Source of the DNA: an uncultured bacterium
Lineage (GTDB): Bacteria > Patescibacteriota > Minisyncoccia > Phycocordibacterales > CAWITU01
Reading direction: 5' to 3'
Length of the DNA: 64,000 nucleotides
Assembly: GCA_963839205.1 (NCBI GenBank)
Contig: CAWITU010000001.1
Location: 4,643 to 68,642 of the forward strand
The number at the start of each line of letters is the position of its first letter. Within the stretch, counting starts at the first letter, position 1. Below are positions 52,170 through 61,224 of this stretch, piece after piece. The translations under genes and the position numbers were made by a program. The notes under the pieces were generated by a model. It made no database searches. It saw only the letters and a program-made list of their open reading frames with translations, and was not told the origin of the DNA.

Positions 52170-53540
52170 ATGAGTGAACAATCTAAAGTTAAACTGACAT
52201 TTTGTGGAGGGGCTGGATCTGTAACTGGTGCAAATTTTCTATTGGAGGATGAATCAAAAAAAATATTGGTTGATTGTGGAATGGAACAGGGTACTAAGTA
52301 TTGTATGGAAAAGAATGCAGATCCGTTTATTTACGACCCAGCCTCAATTGATATTCTTTTTATTACTCATGCTCATATTGATCACACCGGTCGTATTCCA
52401 AAATTAGTTAGAGATGGTTTTAAGGGAGTGATATATTCAACACCTGAAACAAAGAGCCTAGCACTTCCAATGCTCGAGGATAGTATGAAACTATTGGAAA
52501 AGGAAGCCGAGTATCATAAAGAAAAACCACTTTATACAAGTGATGATGTTCAAAAATCTTTTACCTTGTGGCAAACAATTCCATATCATGTATCGAAAGA
52601 TATTGGAGATGGGTGGTCAGTTTACCTAAAAGATGCAGGCCACGTTCTAGGTTCATCAATGATTGAACTTTCAAAAAATGGAAAGAAGATTGTCTTTACA
52701 GGGGATTTGGGAAATACTCCAACTCCACTTTTGCGTGATACAGAACCTGTTACAGACGCTGATTACCTAGTTATGGAGAGCGTTTACGGAGATAGGAATC
52801 ACGAGTCTCATGATGAAAGAATCGACAAGTTGGAGGATTATATTGAAGATACTGTCAAAAGAGGGGGGGTACTTATGATACCTGCTTTTTCACTTGAGAA
52901 GACACAAGTAATTCTTTACGAAATGAATAAATTGGTTGAAGAAAATAGAATACCATCAGTACCAGTCTATTTAGATTCACCACTAGCAATTAAAATTACG
53001 GAAATCTATCGAGAGATGTCTAAAGACTTTAATCCGGAAGCAAAGAAACTAGCCACAACTGATGATTTATTTGATTTCCCAAATTTACACGTAACAGTCA
53101 CATCAGGTGAATCAAAAGCTATTCTTGAAGCCCCAAATCCAAAAGTCATTATGGCTGGGTCGGGAATGTCGAATGGCGGAAGAATTCTTCATCACGAGAT
53201 TAATTATCTTGGTGACAGGAAAAACACCCTCCTTTTAATTGGTTACCAATCTGTGGGAACATTGGGCAGACAAATTGATGACGGAGCAAAACACGTTAAG
53301 ATAATGGGCCAAGATATTGTAGTTGCGGCAACGGTTGTAAAGATTGATGGTTATTCTTCTCATAAAGATTCAGATCATCTATTTCAGTTTGTTGAGCAAA
53401 TGGAAGCTAAAGTCAAAAAAATATTTGTGGTAATGGGTGAACCAAAATCGTCACTATTTTTGGTACAGCGTTTGCGTGATTATTTGGGTTTGAATGCGTA
53501 TCATCCAAATGAAGGTGAAAGTGTTACTTTAGATTTTTAA
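52170..53540 (+). CDS. MBL-fold beta-CASP family hydrolase (RNA-metabolising type)
   Basis: HAHIDHTG motif, then DAGH, TGDLG and ESVYG, with a C-terminal ..GYSSHKD.. (beta-CASP motifs). Confidence 0.8.
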   Translation: MSEQSKVKLTFCGGAGSVTGANFLLEDESKKILVDCGMEQGTKYCMEKNADPFIYDPASIDILFITHAHIDHTGRIPKLVRDGFKGVIYSTPETKSLALPMLEDSMKLLEKEAEYHKEKPLYTSDDVQKSFTLWQTIPYHVSKDIGDGWSVYLKDAGHVLGSSMIELSKNGKKIVFTGDLGNTPTPLLRDTEPVTDADYLVMESVYGDRNHESHDERIDKLEDYIEDTVKRGGVLMIPAFSLEKTQVILYEMNKLVEENRIPSVPVYLDSPLAIKITEIYREMSKDFNPEAKKLATTDDLFDFPNLHVTVTSGESKAILEAPNPKVIMAGSGMSNGGRILHHEINYLGDRKNTLLLIGYQSVGTLGRQIDDGAKHVKIMGQDIVVAATVVKIDGYSSHKDSDHLFQFVEQMEAKVKKIFVVMGEPKSSLFLVQRLRDYLGLNAYHPNEGESVTLDF

Positions 53541-53558
53541 TATATAATATAAATACCA

Positions 53559-54182
53559 ATGAGCGACGATAATGATAAAAAAATAAAGATCTGTGTTTCT
53601 GGTTCAGCTGAAATGGGTTTTCTAGCTCCAAATGATTATGAAATTGCCAAGGAGTTAGGAAGAGAAGTAATAAAACAGGGAGGCATTATTCTTACAGGGG
53701 CAACAACTGGATTTCCTCTTTGGTCCGCGATGGGGGCGAAGGAAGCTGGGGGAATTTCGCTAGGACTTTCACCAGCTTCAACCGAAGCTGAACACGTTAA
53801 TGTATATCGCCTGCCAACAAAGTATTTAGATTTAATTATTTATACTGGATTCGGATATTCGGGTAGAAACCTGCTACTAACGCGTTCATCTGACGCTGTT
53901 ATAGTTGGGCCTGGACGTATTGGTACGATTAATGAATTTACTATTGCCTATGAAGATTCTAAACCAATAGGAATTTTAAGAGGAGACTGGGATACTGATG
54001 AGGTCATAAAGGAAATTATGGACAAAAGTCACCGAACGAATGACCTAGTTGTTTTTGGAGACACACCCAAAGAAGTCGTCTCAAAAGTTATTGAATTATT
54101 TAAGAAACAAAAAAAGGAACATGAGTATGTCTACAAAAATGACGATCATATTGGGGGAACTAAGGGAGAGAGACTGCTTTAA
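53559..54182 (+). CDS. LOG/TIGR00725-like (SLOG) Rossmann-fold protein
   Basis: KICVSGSAE.., ILTGATTG, GRNLLLTRSSDAVIVGPGRIGTINEF. Confidence 0.6.
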   Translation: MSDDNDKKIKICVSGSAEMGFLAPNDYEIAKELGREVIKQGGIILTGATTGFPLWSAMGAKEAGGISLGLSPASTEAEHVNVYRLPTKYLDLIIYTGFGYSGRNLLLTRSSDAVIVGPGRIGTINEFTIAYEDSKPIGILRGDWDTDEVIKEIMDKSHRTNDLVVFGDTPKEVVSKVIELFKKQKKEHEYVYKNDDHIGGTKGERLL

Positions 54183-54205
54183 TACAAAAAGTTAACATAG
54201 AAAAA

Positions 54206-54234
54206 GGGCCCCAGCCTAAGGCTGGGGCCCTTTT
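54206..54234. terminator. bidirectional terminator GGGCCCCAGCC-TAA-GGCTGGGGCCC
   Basis: Perfect 11-bp stem flanked by an A-run and a T-run, between convergent genes. Confidence 0.85.
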
Positions 54235-54245
54235 AAGTTGTCTAC

Positions 54246-54590
54246 CTATGCAACCACTTTCAGTAATCTGGAGAAAGTTTCCGGATTATTCTCAGCAAGA
54301 TGAGCCAAAATTTTTCGGTCAATTACAACATTTTTCTTTTTCAATACCCCGATGAATTTACTGTATGAAAGGCCCGCTTCTTTTAGTGGAGCGCTCAATT
54401 TAACATTCCAGAGCTTTCTCATATCGTTCTTTTTGTCTTTTCGGTGGGCAAAAGCATAAACACCAGCGTGCATGAGAGCTTCATAAGCTGATTTCTCTTT
54501 TTTACTTCGTCCAAAACGATATCCTTTTGCTGCCTTTAGGATATTTCTTCTTGTTTTTAATGCATTAACTCCTTTTTTTACTCGTGACAT
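54246..54590 (-). CDS. rplT: 50S ribosomal protein L20
   Basis: MSRVKKGVNALKTRRNILKAAKGYRFGRS.. Confidence 0.95.
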   Translation of the reverse strand: MSRVKKGVNALKTRRNILKAAKGYRFGRSKKEKSAYEALMHAGVYAFAHRKDKKNDMRKLWNVKLSAPLKEAGLSYSKFIGVLKKKNVVIDRKILAHLAENNPETFSRLLKVVA

Positions 54591-54600
54591 ATTATTTAAA

Positions 54601-54786
54601 TTAGATATTTATCAAGAAACGGCTCTTGGATTTGTTGCTAATAGTGAAAGTGGTCGCTCTTTTCTTGTTTGTTTGGTTTCTTCGGCTTTCCTTGGCATTA
54701 AAATGATTCTGTCCTGGCTTTCGGGCAGTAATTTTACCGTTCTTACTTATCTTCAATCTTTTTGAATATGATTTGTTTGTTTTCAT
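54601..54786 (-). CDS. rpmI: 50S ribosomal protein L35
   Basis: MKTNKSYSKRLKISKNGKITARKPGQNH. Confidence 0.9.
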   Translation of the reverse strand: MKTNKSYSKRLKISKNGKITARKPGQNHFNAKESRRNQTNKKRATTFTISNKSKSRFLINI

Positions 54787-54796
54787 CTTAGAAGTT

Positions 54797-55309
54797 TTAT
54801 TTTTTCTCAATTACTACAGTAAGACCTTTTAGACTTTTGGTTGGTGATTGTGCAATCGCGTATTCTTCAGTTATGAGCTTTAGAATTCTATCCATTCTCT
54901 CTTTCAAGAAATCCAAATTCATATACTTTGATCGGCCTGGGAGGAATAGGTCAATTTTGATTCGATGTCCTTCCTTAAGCCATGCTGAAGCTTTTTTGGC
55001 TTTGAGCTCCAAATCATGCTCACCAGTTGCAATCTTTACCTGAAGGGTTTTGACTTCAATAATATGAGTCTTAGCCTTGGCAGTCTTTTGTTTTTTGTTT
55101 TCTTCGTACTTGAATTTTCCGTAATCGGCGATCTTTGCTATCGGTGGAGTCGCTTTTGGCGATATCTCGATAAGATCAAGTTCAAATTCAGCCGCCTTTT
55201 TCAGGGCGTCCGTAAGGGCTAAAATTCCAAAATTTTCTCCCTTTGGACCGATCACCCTGAGTTCGGGTGATCTTATAGCATGGTTGATTCTGATTGATTC
55301 GCTTGCCAA
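54797..55309 (-). CDS. infC: translation initiation factor IF-3 (non-ATG start)
   Basis: IRINHAIRSPELRVIGPKGENFG.., ..PPIAKIADYGKFKYE... The frame opens with TTG immediately after a TAA. Confidence 0.92.
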   Translation of the reverse strand: MASESIRINHAIRSPELRVIGPKGENFGILALTDALKKAAEFELDLIEISPKATPPIAKIADYGKFKYEENKKQKTAKAKTHIIEVKTLQVKIATGEHDLELKAKKASAWLKEGHRIKIDLFLPGRSKYMNLDFLKERMDRILKLITEEYAIAQSPTKSLKGLTVVIEKK

Positions 55310-55369
55310 TTAGGTTTGTATTAAGAAATACCCGAGAACTATAGCATATATTCCGATTCCCGCAAGCTT

Positions 55370-56431
55370 CTATAGAAGCTTGCGGAATGGCCAGATTAAG
55401 GCTTCTAATAGCTTCTTTTTTAACGGTCTTTTGAGCCATTCATCTAATGTGAGTTCGATAGAGTGATTCATGTCTTCAAGAAAGCCTTTTTTAAGTAAGC
55501 TAACTAATTCCTGATTATCTCCGCAGATATTACCTTCAAAGTTGTACCAGAGACTTATCATATCTAAGTTCATACTGCCAACTGTTGCCCAGCCATCAAT
55601 CACCGCTGTTTTACTATGAATAAACTTACCGTGACGATAAATTTTAATTCCAACTTTTAAACATTCTTCAAAATAAGTATGGCTTCCTCGATCGACTAAG
55701 TAGTGATTGGTTTCAAGCGGAATGATTAGCCGAACATCCACCCCGCGTCTGACCGCTGCCCGAAGACTTTTTATCAGACGGTTATCAGGGATAAAGTAGG
55801 GAGTAGTTAAGTAAGCAAAGTGATCGGCTCTTTGGATTGCCTTTATTAATTCTTTGTAAAGAAAATGTCGGCTAGGAATTGGAGAATTAGTAATAAAATT
55901 CAGACCATCCGAACCAATAGGAATTTTCTTTGATCTTCTTCGAATATCTTTTCTGGCTAATTGCCAATCGGCGTTAAAAACTCTGACCATTCTTGAAATG
56001 GTGATTGGATTATCAATTTCTATTTCAGTCTCAATCCAGTCTTTCATTTCTTCACCAACGCAAATACTTCCTGTAAAAGCAATTTTATAATCAATGATTA
56101 TATTGCGACGGTGATTTCGGAAATACCAAAAACTTCTATGATTGCTACTTGGGGCGAAGGGGGATAACCAGTTGAAAAATTCAAGTTTTACTCCAGATTC
56201 GGTAAGTCTAGTTGCAAGTGGTGAATTAGCTAGGAAAAAACTTCCGACAGCATCAAATAGGCATCTAACTTCAACGCCGGACTTAGCCTTTTGAGTTAAG
56301 ACATTTACAAAACGCTCTGATATTGAGTCGTTCTCCATCAAATATTGTTCAAATAGGATGGTCTTCTCAGCTTTTTCAAAAGCACTTAAGAGGACACCCC
56401 ATATTTCCTCAGTTTCTCGATATAGTTTCAT
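55370..56431 (-). CDS. cls: phospholipase D / cardiolipin synthase family protein (two HKD motifs)
   Basis: HRRNIIIDYKIAFTGSICVG and HSKTAVIDGWATVGSMNLD. I place the start at MKLYRETEE. Confidence 0.7.
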   Translation of the reverse strand: MKLYRETEEIWGVLLSAFEKAEKTILFEQYLMENDSISERFVNVLTQKAKSGVEVRCLFDAVGSFFLANSPLATRLTESGVKLEFFNWLSPFAPSSNHRSFWYFRNHRRNIIIDYKIAFTGSICVGEEMKDWIETEIEIDNPITISRMVRVFNADWQLARKDIRRRSKKIPIGSDGLNFITNSPIPSRHFLYKELIKAIQRADHFAYLTTPYFIPDNRLIKSLRAAVRRGVDVRLIIPLETNHYLVDRGSHTYFEECLKVGIKIYRHGKFIHSKTAVIDGWATVGSMNLDMISLWYNFEGNICGDNQELVSLLKKGFLEDMNHSIELTLDEWLKRPLKKKLLEALIWPFRKLL

Positions 56432-56498
56432 TAGGCTTATTTTATCAGAAATTGGCAACTTGCCAGCATTTGAAGGAGTATAATTTATAACTATAAAC

Positions 56499-57503
56499 AT
56501 GAGGTATTTTCTGAAGGGCTGTATTTGCATAATCATACTTGTCGTTGTTTTTTGCGCTGGAATTTACATCGGTAATTTAATATCTGCAAAAAAATATTCA
56601 GCTTTTTTGGACTCCATCCATCTGACTAGGGATAATAACCCTTCCTATCCGCTTGTTCACCCGATCACTAATCTTCAAATCCCTGACGCCTTATCTATTG
56701 GAGAATTTAAGCCACTCGCAAATAAAGTCCAAAGCATTTTTTCTAATAACAGCACCGTTCTTAAAAAGTATTCTGTCTATTTTAGAGATCTGAATACTGG
56801 TTTTTGGTTTGGCATAAATGAAACAGATCAGTATGACCCAGCAAGCATGCTCAAGGTTGCACTGGCAATGGGGGCTTATAAGGAAGCCGAAGACAATCCA
56901 AGTTTTCTAAATCAATCTGAGATATACACACAAACTTTGGCAGCACTGGATGCAACAAGTTCGTATGATCAACCATCTGAGCTCGTGGTGGGTGAGAGTT
57001 ACACTGTATACGATTTAATCAAAAAGATGATTGTTGATTCTGATAATGGAGCAAAAGATATACTGGGTAATGTTGTTGACCCTGGAATTATGAATGATTT
57101 ATATTCTGAACTCGGCATTACACCTCCAAATGATAGTACAGAGTTTACAGTTTCTGCTAGAAAATATTCGCAGTTCTTTAGGACTTTATATAATGGTACT
57201 TATTTGGATCAAGCTGATTCGAACCAGCTTTTGACTTTGCTTACTCAGACTACTTATTCCAAAGCATTGTCAGCGGGGGTACCAAATGGAGTCATGGTGG
57301 CTCATAAATATGGAGAACATGTTGTTTCGGATGACAATACCGTTGGATCTTTGGAGCTCCATGATTGCGGAATAGTATACGACACGAAAGATCCATACAC
57401 TTTGTGTATTATGACGCAGGGTAAAGACGAAGTTGATTTAGATCAAGTTATCTCTTCCGTATCTCAAGCCGTATATCAAGAAGTCACCAGCGGTTATAAA
57501 TAA
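56499..57503 (+). CDS. class A beta-lactamase-related serine hydrolase (membrane-anchored)
   Basis: N-terminal TM segment, then S-x-x-K (ASMLK), DSDN (SDN) and HKYGE (KTG-like). Confidence 0.65.
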   Translation: MRYFLKGCICIIILVVVFCAGIYIGNLISAKKYSAFLDSIHLTRDNNPSYPLVHPITNLQIPDALSIGEFKPLANKVQSIFSNNSTVLKKYSVYFRDLNTGFWFGINETDQYDPASMLKVALAMGAYKEAEDNPSFLNQSEIYTQTLAALDATSSYDQPSELVVGESYTVYDLIKKMIVDSDNGAKDILGNVVDPGIMNDLYSELGITPPNDSTEFTVSARKYSQFFRTLYNGTYLDQADSNQLLTLLTQTTYSKALSAGVPNGVMVAHKYGEHVVSDDNTVGSLELHDCGIVYDTKDPYTLCIMTQGKDEVDLDQVISSVSQAVYQEVTSGYK

Positions 57504-57507
57504 TTTC

Positions 57508-58413
57508 TTAATTTTCAGAAATTATCTGATCTGGATCGCTTAAAATCATTTCAGTCTGACCTTTGTAGTTTTCTAGCGTGCCCGTCAGTTTAATTCGATT
57601 ATTTTTTAATCCAGATAAGTCCCCAAACTTTTGAATGTCTGAATTAAAAATTATTGCACTGAATGGGCAATTTTTAGTATTAGAGCAGAATTCTATGAAG
57701 GTAGCTCCTTTTTTTGATGCGTATGTTTTAAGTACATTTCCAGTGATTGTTACTTTTTCGCCAACGTGCTCGGGGGCTTGAGTGTAGTCATATATTTTAG
57801 TCTTGTCGGCGGTTTGGTTTGAAGTGACAACGTCGCTAATATTTTTAGTACTTGTAGATTGATTTATTTCCAAGACTTTTTTAATAATATTAAAATATTG
57901 ATCGTGGAGATATTTATTGCTTCCGATTTCTAGTATTTCATCATTATTGACTGTTGCAGATTCAGTCCAGTTATAGCTACCAATGGCATATTCGGTATCG
58001 GTTACAATACCTTTTATATGCATGATGCCGTCAGTATGCTTTTGAGTTTCAACATTAATGCCAGCAGTTCTGAGTTTGTCTAAAATTATTGCTTCAGACG
58101 AGCTAGTACTTTGTACTAAATCGGTAATGCCCCAAACATCAACTCCACGTTTCTTGGCTTGAACTAGGGCATCAGCAATGTTACTTTTGGTAAAAGTGTA
58201 GATTGCAAAATAGATGTAGTGATTTGAATTATCAATAACATCTATAATCGCTTGATCATTTTGTCTTTTGTCTAAGCTGTAAAGAATAGTAAATTGGTGG
58301 TCAAAATAATATATAGTTAAGAAATAAGTACAAAAGATAATAGCAATAGCAATTGCCGAGTAAATAATTTTTCTTTTTGCAATTTCGCCACAAACTTCAT
58401 GAATAAATTTCAT
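57508..58413 (-). CDS. membrane-anchored PLD-family (Nuc-like) nuclease/phosphodiesterase with C-terminal OB-fold-like domain
   Basis: N-terminal TM segment, a single HKD motif (HIKGIVTDTEYAIGSYNWTESA), and the C-terminal segment VTITGNVLKTYASKKGATFIEF.. Confidence 0.6.
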   Translation of the reverse strand: MKFIHEVCGEIAKRKIIYSAIAIAIIFCTYFLTIYYFDHQFTILYSLDKRQNDQAIIDVIDNSNHYIYFAIYTFTKSNIADALVQAKKRGVDVWGITDLVQSTSSSEAIILDKLRTAGINVETQKHTDGIMHIKGIVTDTEYAIGSYNWTESATVNNDEILEIGSNKYLHDQYFNIIKKVLEINQSTSTKNISDVVTSNQTADKTKIYDYTQAPEHVGEKVTITGNVLKTYASKKGATFIEFCSNTKNCPFSAIIFNSDIQKFGDLSGLKNNRIKLTGTLENYKGQTEMILSDPDQIISEN

Positions 58414-58461
58414 GAAGATAATTATAGAGAGAGGAGATGAAGAAAAGATGAAGATATTTAA

Positions 58462-59578
58462 CTACCGAATGGTTGTGTATCCTCCTTTAACTCCTTTTTT
58501 CGAAAGAACAATCTGCCAAAGCTGATTTATTCTTGATCTGAAACCGCCAGCACATGAAAGTAAGATAGAATTTCCACATCCTGTAGAATTCCTCGCTGTA
58601 CTGACTTTTAATTTCAGGCCAATGCTTATCGAAATTTTCAAACCAAACCATCAGGGTCTTATCATAATCAGCGCTGAAGTTGTGCCAGTCTTCCATCACA
58701 AACAATCTTTCCATTGATTTACCAATTTGGGCTATTGAAGGTAGCATACTGTTCGGGAAAATATATTTCTCTATCCATGGGTCAGTAAATTTTAGTGATA
58801 TGTTACAACCAATAGTGTGAAGGAGGAAAAATCCATCATCTTTGAGGCACCGTCTGGCGACTTCCATATATGTTCTATAATTTTTTTCGCCTACGTGTTC
58901 AAACATGCCGAGCGATACAATGTGATCGAATTGTCCTTTGGTGTCACGATAATCTTGGAGAAGTATTTCAACTGGTAATCCAAGACACAATTCTTTTGCC
59001 AGTTTAACTTGTTCTGCCGATACTGTAATTCCGATTACATGGGCACCATATTTTTCGGCAGCAAATTTAGCAAAACTGCCCCAACCACAGCCGATATCTA
59101 AAATGTGGTCTCCTTTTTTAAGTCCGATTTTTTTACAAACAAGATCAAGTTTAGCTTCTTGGGCCTCATCTAGATTTGAAGCCTCTTTCCAATAACCGCA
59201 TGTATATACTAGGCGTTTGTCTAACATTCTTTCGAATAAGTCATTGCCGATATTGTAATGTTTTTCGGCTATTTCAAATGCTTTTGATTTTGAGCCCAAA
59301 TTTCCGAAGTAGGCTCTGACAAAAAGTAGTAGATGAGATGGTGTAATTTTTAAAGAATCTAAAATATTGGAACTAAAAATCCTGGATATCATCTCATCAA
59401 TGGCTTGGCAATCCCAAAGACCGGCCATGTAAGTTTCACCGAACGCTAGGCTTCCTCCTGAGAGAACTGCATCATAAACATCCTCATTGTGAATTTGGAT
59501 GTCCCATGGCCGGTCTCCATTAATCTTAATATCTGCTGGCTCTAGTAGATCTTGAATCGTTTGTTTACTGGTTTTCAT
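58462..59578 (-). CDS. cfa: cyclopropane-fatty-acyl-phospholipid synthase, one frameshift near 58546-58562
   Basis: ILDIGCGWG SAM motif. The track ORF ends ..FMCWRFQIKNKSALADCSFEKRS*. Shifting frame gives ..CAGGFRSRINQLWQIVLSKKGVKGGYTTIR*, with the stop at 58462. Confidence 0.85.
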
Positions 59579-59710
59579 AACTAAAATTTAGCACAGATTA
59601 AATGAATATATCAATGGAGTTATAACCTGTAATGTAAATTATTAATCCGCGTCGTAAAGATTAAAGTCGAGATAAAGTGACTTTTTTTATTAATTTAATA
59701 ATAAAATATT

Positions 59711-59893
59711 ATGCAATTATCGTGCAAAGATATTAATCCTAATACCGAATGTAGTTTTGAAGCCCATGGAAATACCGAGACTGACGTTGCTAGAAAAATG
59801 GTGACCCATGTAAAATCTAATCATGCGGGTGATGTTAAGGGAATGAGTGATGATGAAATGTTAAAAATGTTTGAAGCAAAGGTTCACGAATAA
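59711..59893 (+). CDS. DUF1059-like small metal-binding protein
   Basis: MQLSCKDINPNTECSFEAHGNTETDV...H.KSNH pattern. Confidence 0.6.
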   Translation: MQLSCKDINPNTECSFEAHGNTETDVARKMVTHVKSNHAGDVKGMSDDEMLKMFEAKVHE

Positions 59894-59947
59894 AAATTTA
59901 TGCGGAAAAGAGCCCTCCGAAGTTTTTGTTTCAGAGGGCCTTTTGCT

Positions 59948-60169
59948 TTAATTAACATTAAAACTTAGAAAACGACAATGTCTGTTCCAGCCAAGACCGC
60001 AAGTTTGTAGATTGATTCTCCTCTGAAGAAAGTCATCATCAAGATAAGGGACAAGCCTGCGGTTGCCCATTTTGAGACATGAGCCGAGGGCAACGGTGAT
60101 GTGCGAAGTGTGCAGATCTTCTACAAGATATGCTTCGTCTTCCCTTAAACCTAAGAGTGCTTCTAGCAT
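59948..60169 (-). CDS. hypothetical protein (73 aa), higher-GC island
   Basis: The ATG at 60169 is preceded by AGGAGG with a 4-nt spacing. No family recognised. Confidence 0.5.
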   Translation of the reverse strand: MLEALLGLREDEAYLVEDLHTSHITVALGSCLKMGNRRLVPYLDDDFLQRRINLQTCGLGWNRHCRFLSFNVN

Positions 60170-60284
60170 GGCCCCTCCTATTTTGTTATTTTGAAATTGC
60201 AGTGTTTGGTTGATGTACAAATAAGCCTGATTTTGAGACGAATAGTTTCTTCTTGTATTACAAATAAATATTTAGTTTCTGTAT

Positions 60285-60322
60285 AAAAAATCAGCCCCGC
60301 GCATATAGAAATGCGCGGGGCT
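60285..60322 (-). terminator. rho-independent terminator AGCCCCGCGCAT/ATGCGCGGGGCT
   Basis: Perfect 12-bp stem, followed on the minus strand by GATTTTTT. Confidence 0.85.
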
Positions 60323-60334
60323 TGAGTGAGGAGA

Positions 60335-61027
60335 CTACAGATGACCAATTTCGTAAGGCCGAATGTCCTTCCAGTTGCTTTGTCCAAACTGCTTGGTTTG
60401 GAGTTGAAGCACTGTGGAGAAGGTTGAATTTCTCACAGTGAGAGCGGTCCTTTCATCGGAATACCTCCAGAGGTTTCGAACTTCCTCAGGATTATTCCCC
60501 TCCCAGACCGGTTTGACGGGCCCCTTGTCCTTCGCAAGCTGGCCGTTAACATAGACCAGATTGACCAGGCGGTAGCGAGGGGCCTCGGCAATCATTTTCT
60601 TCACATCGGCGAGTTGGCCTTCCAGTGCAAACTTGAAGATCGCCGGTCCCTTTTCGCCGTTACCCTTGTCGATGACAATGAGTCTGGTCCCGACTTTCGG
60701 CGGTGGCATGTGGGGATTAGCTTCTTCAATTTTGCCGCCGCAATTCGCAACGAGTTCCAGTTTGTTCTTCGGATTAGTTTTGGGGCTGAAACTGGTAGCA
60801 AGAGCCGGCTGTGAAAAAAGTGGCTAAGTATCAACTCCGTCGATGCGCGCGAATCCATAACCTTCGCCAGGCAAATACTTTCTGCCGTGAGTTGTTTCCG
60901 GTCCAGTTGGACCCTTGAAACTGGTCACAATCGCGTAGATGAGGCCGGGCTTTTCGGTAATCGGCTTGGGGTGGTATGCAGTCCTCTCTGGCGTAGTTTT
61001 AACTTCGGGAATTGCAATGGTATTCAT
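60335..61027 (-). CDS. hypothetical protein, one 230-codon frame interrupted by in-frame TAG at 60824-60826 (track ORFs 60824-61060 and 60335-60709)
   Basis: The start MNTIAIPEV is preceded by AGGAG. The 38 codons between the TAG and the downstream ATG are open and in frame, and the downstream ATG has no RBS. GC is high. Confidence 0.5.
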
Positions 61028-61137
61028 CTGATTATCTCCTGTTGATTTTAAAGAACTCATTTAACAACAAACCGCGTTGCGGAGTGTCTAAATAAGTGAA
61101 GCAATAAGGGGGACATACCCTCTATCACTTTTGTCGT

Positions 61138-61167
61138 ATTATAACATAGTAGTATGCATATTGTCAA
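61138..61167 (-). promoter_or_regulatory. promoter TTGACA-17/18 nt-TATAAT for the 61027 ORF
   Basis: On the minus strand: TTGACA (61162-61167) and TATAAT (61138-61143). Confidence 0.6.
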
Positions 61168-61224
61168 TTAAGTTAATTTTATCAATATTATGGGCGTATT
61201 GTATGTTGTGTTATATTTTGTCAC

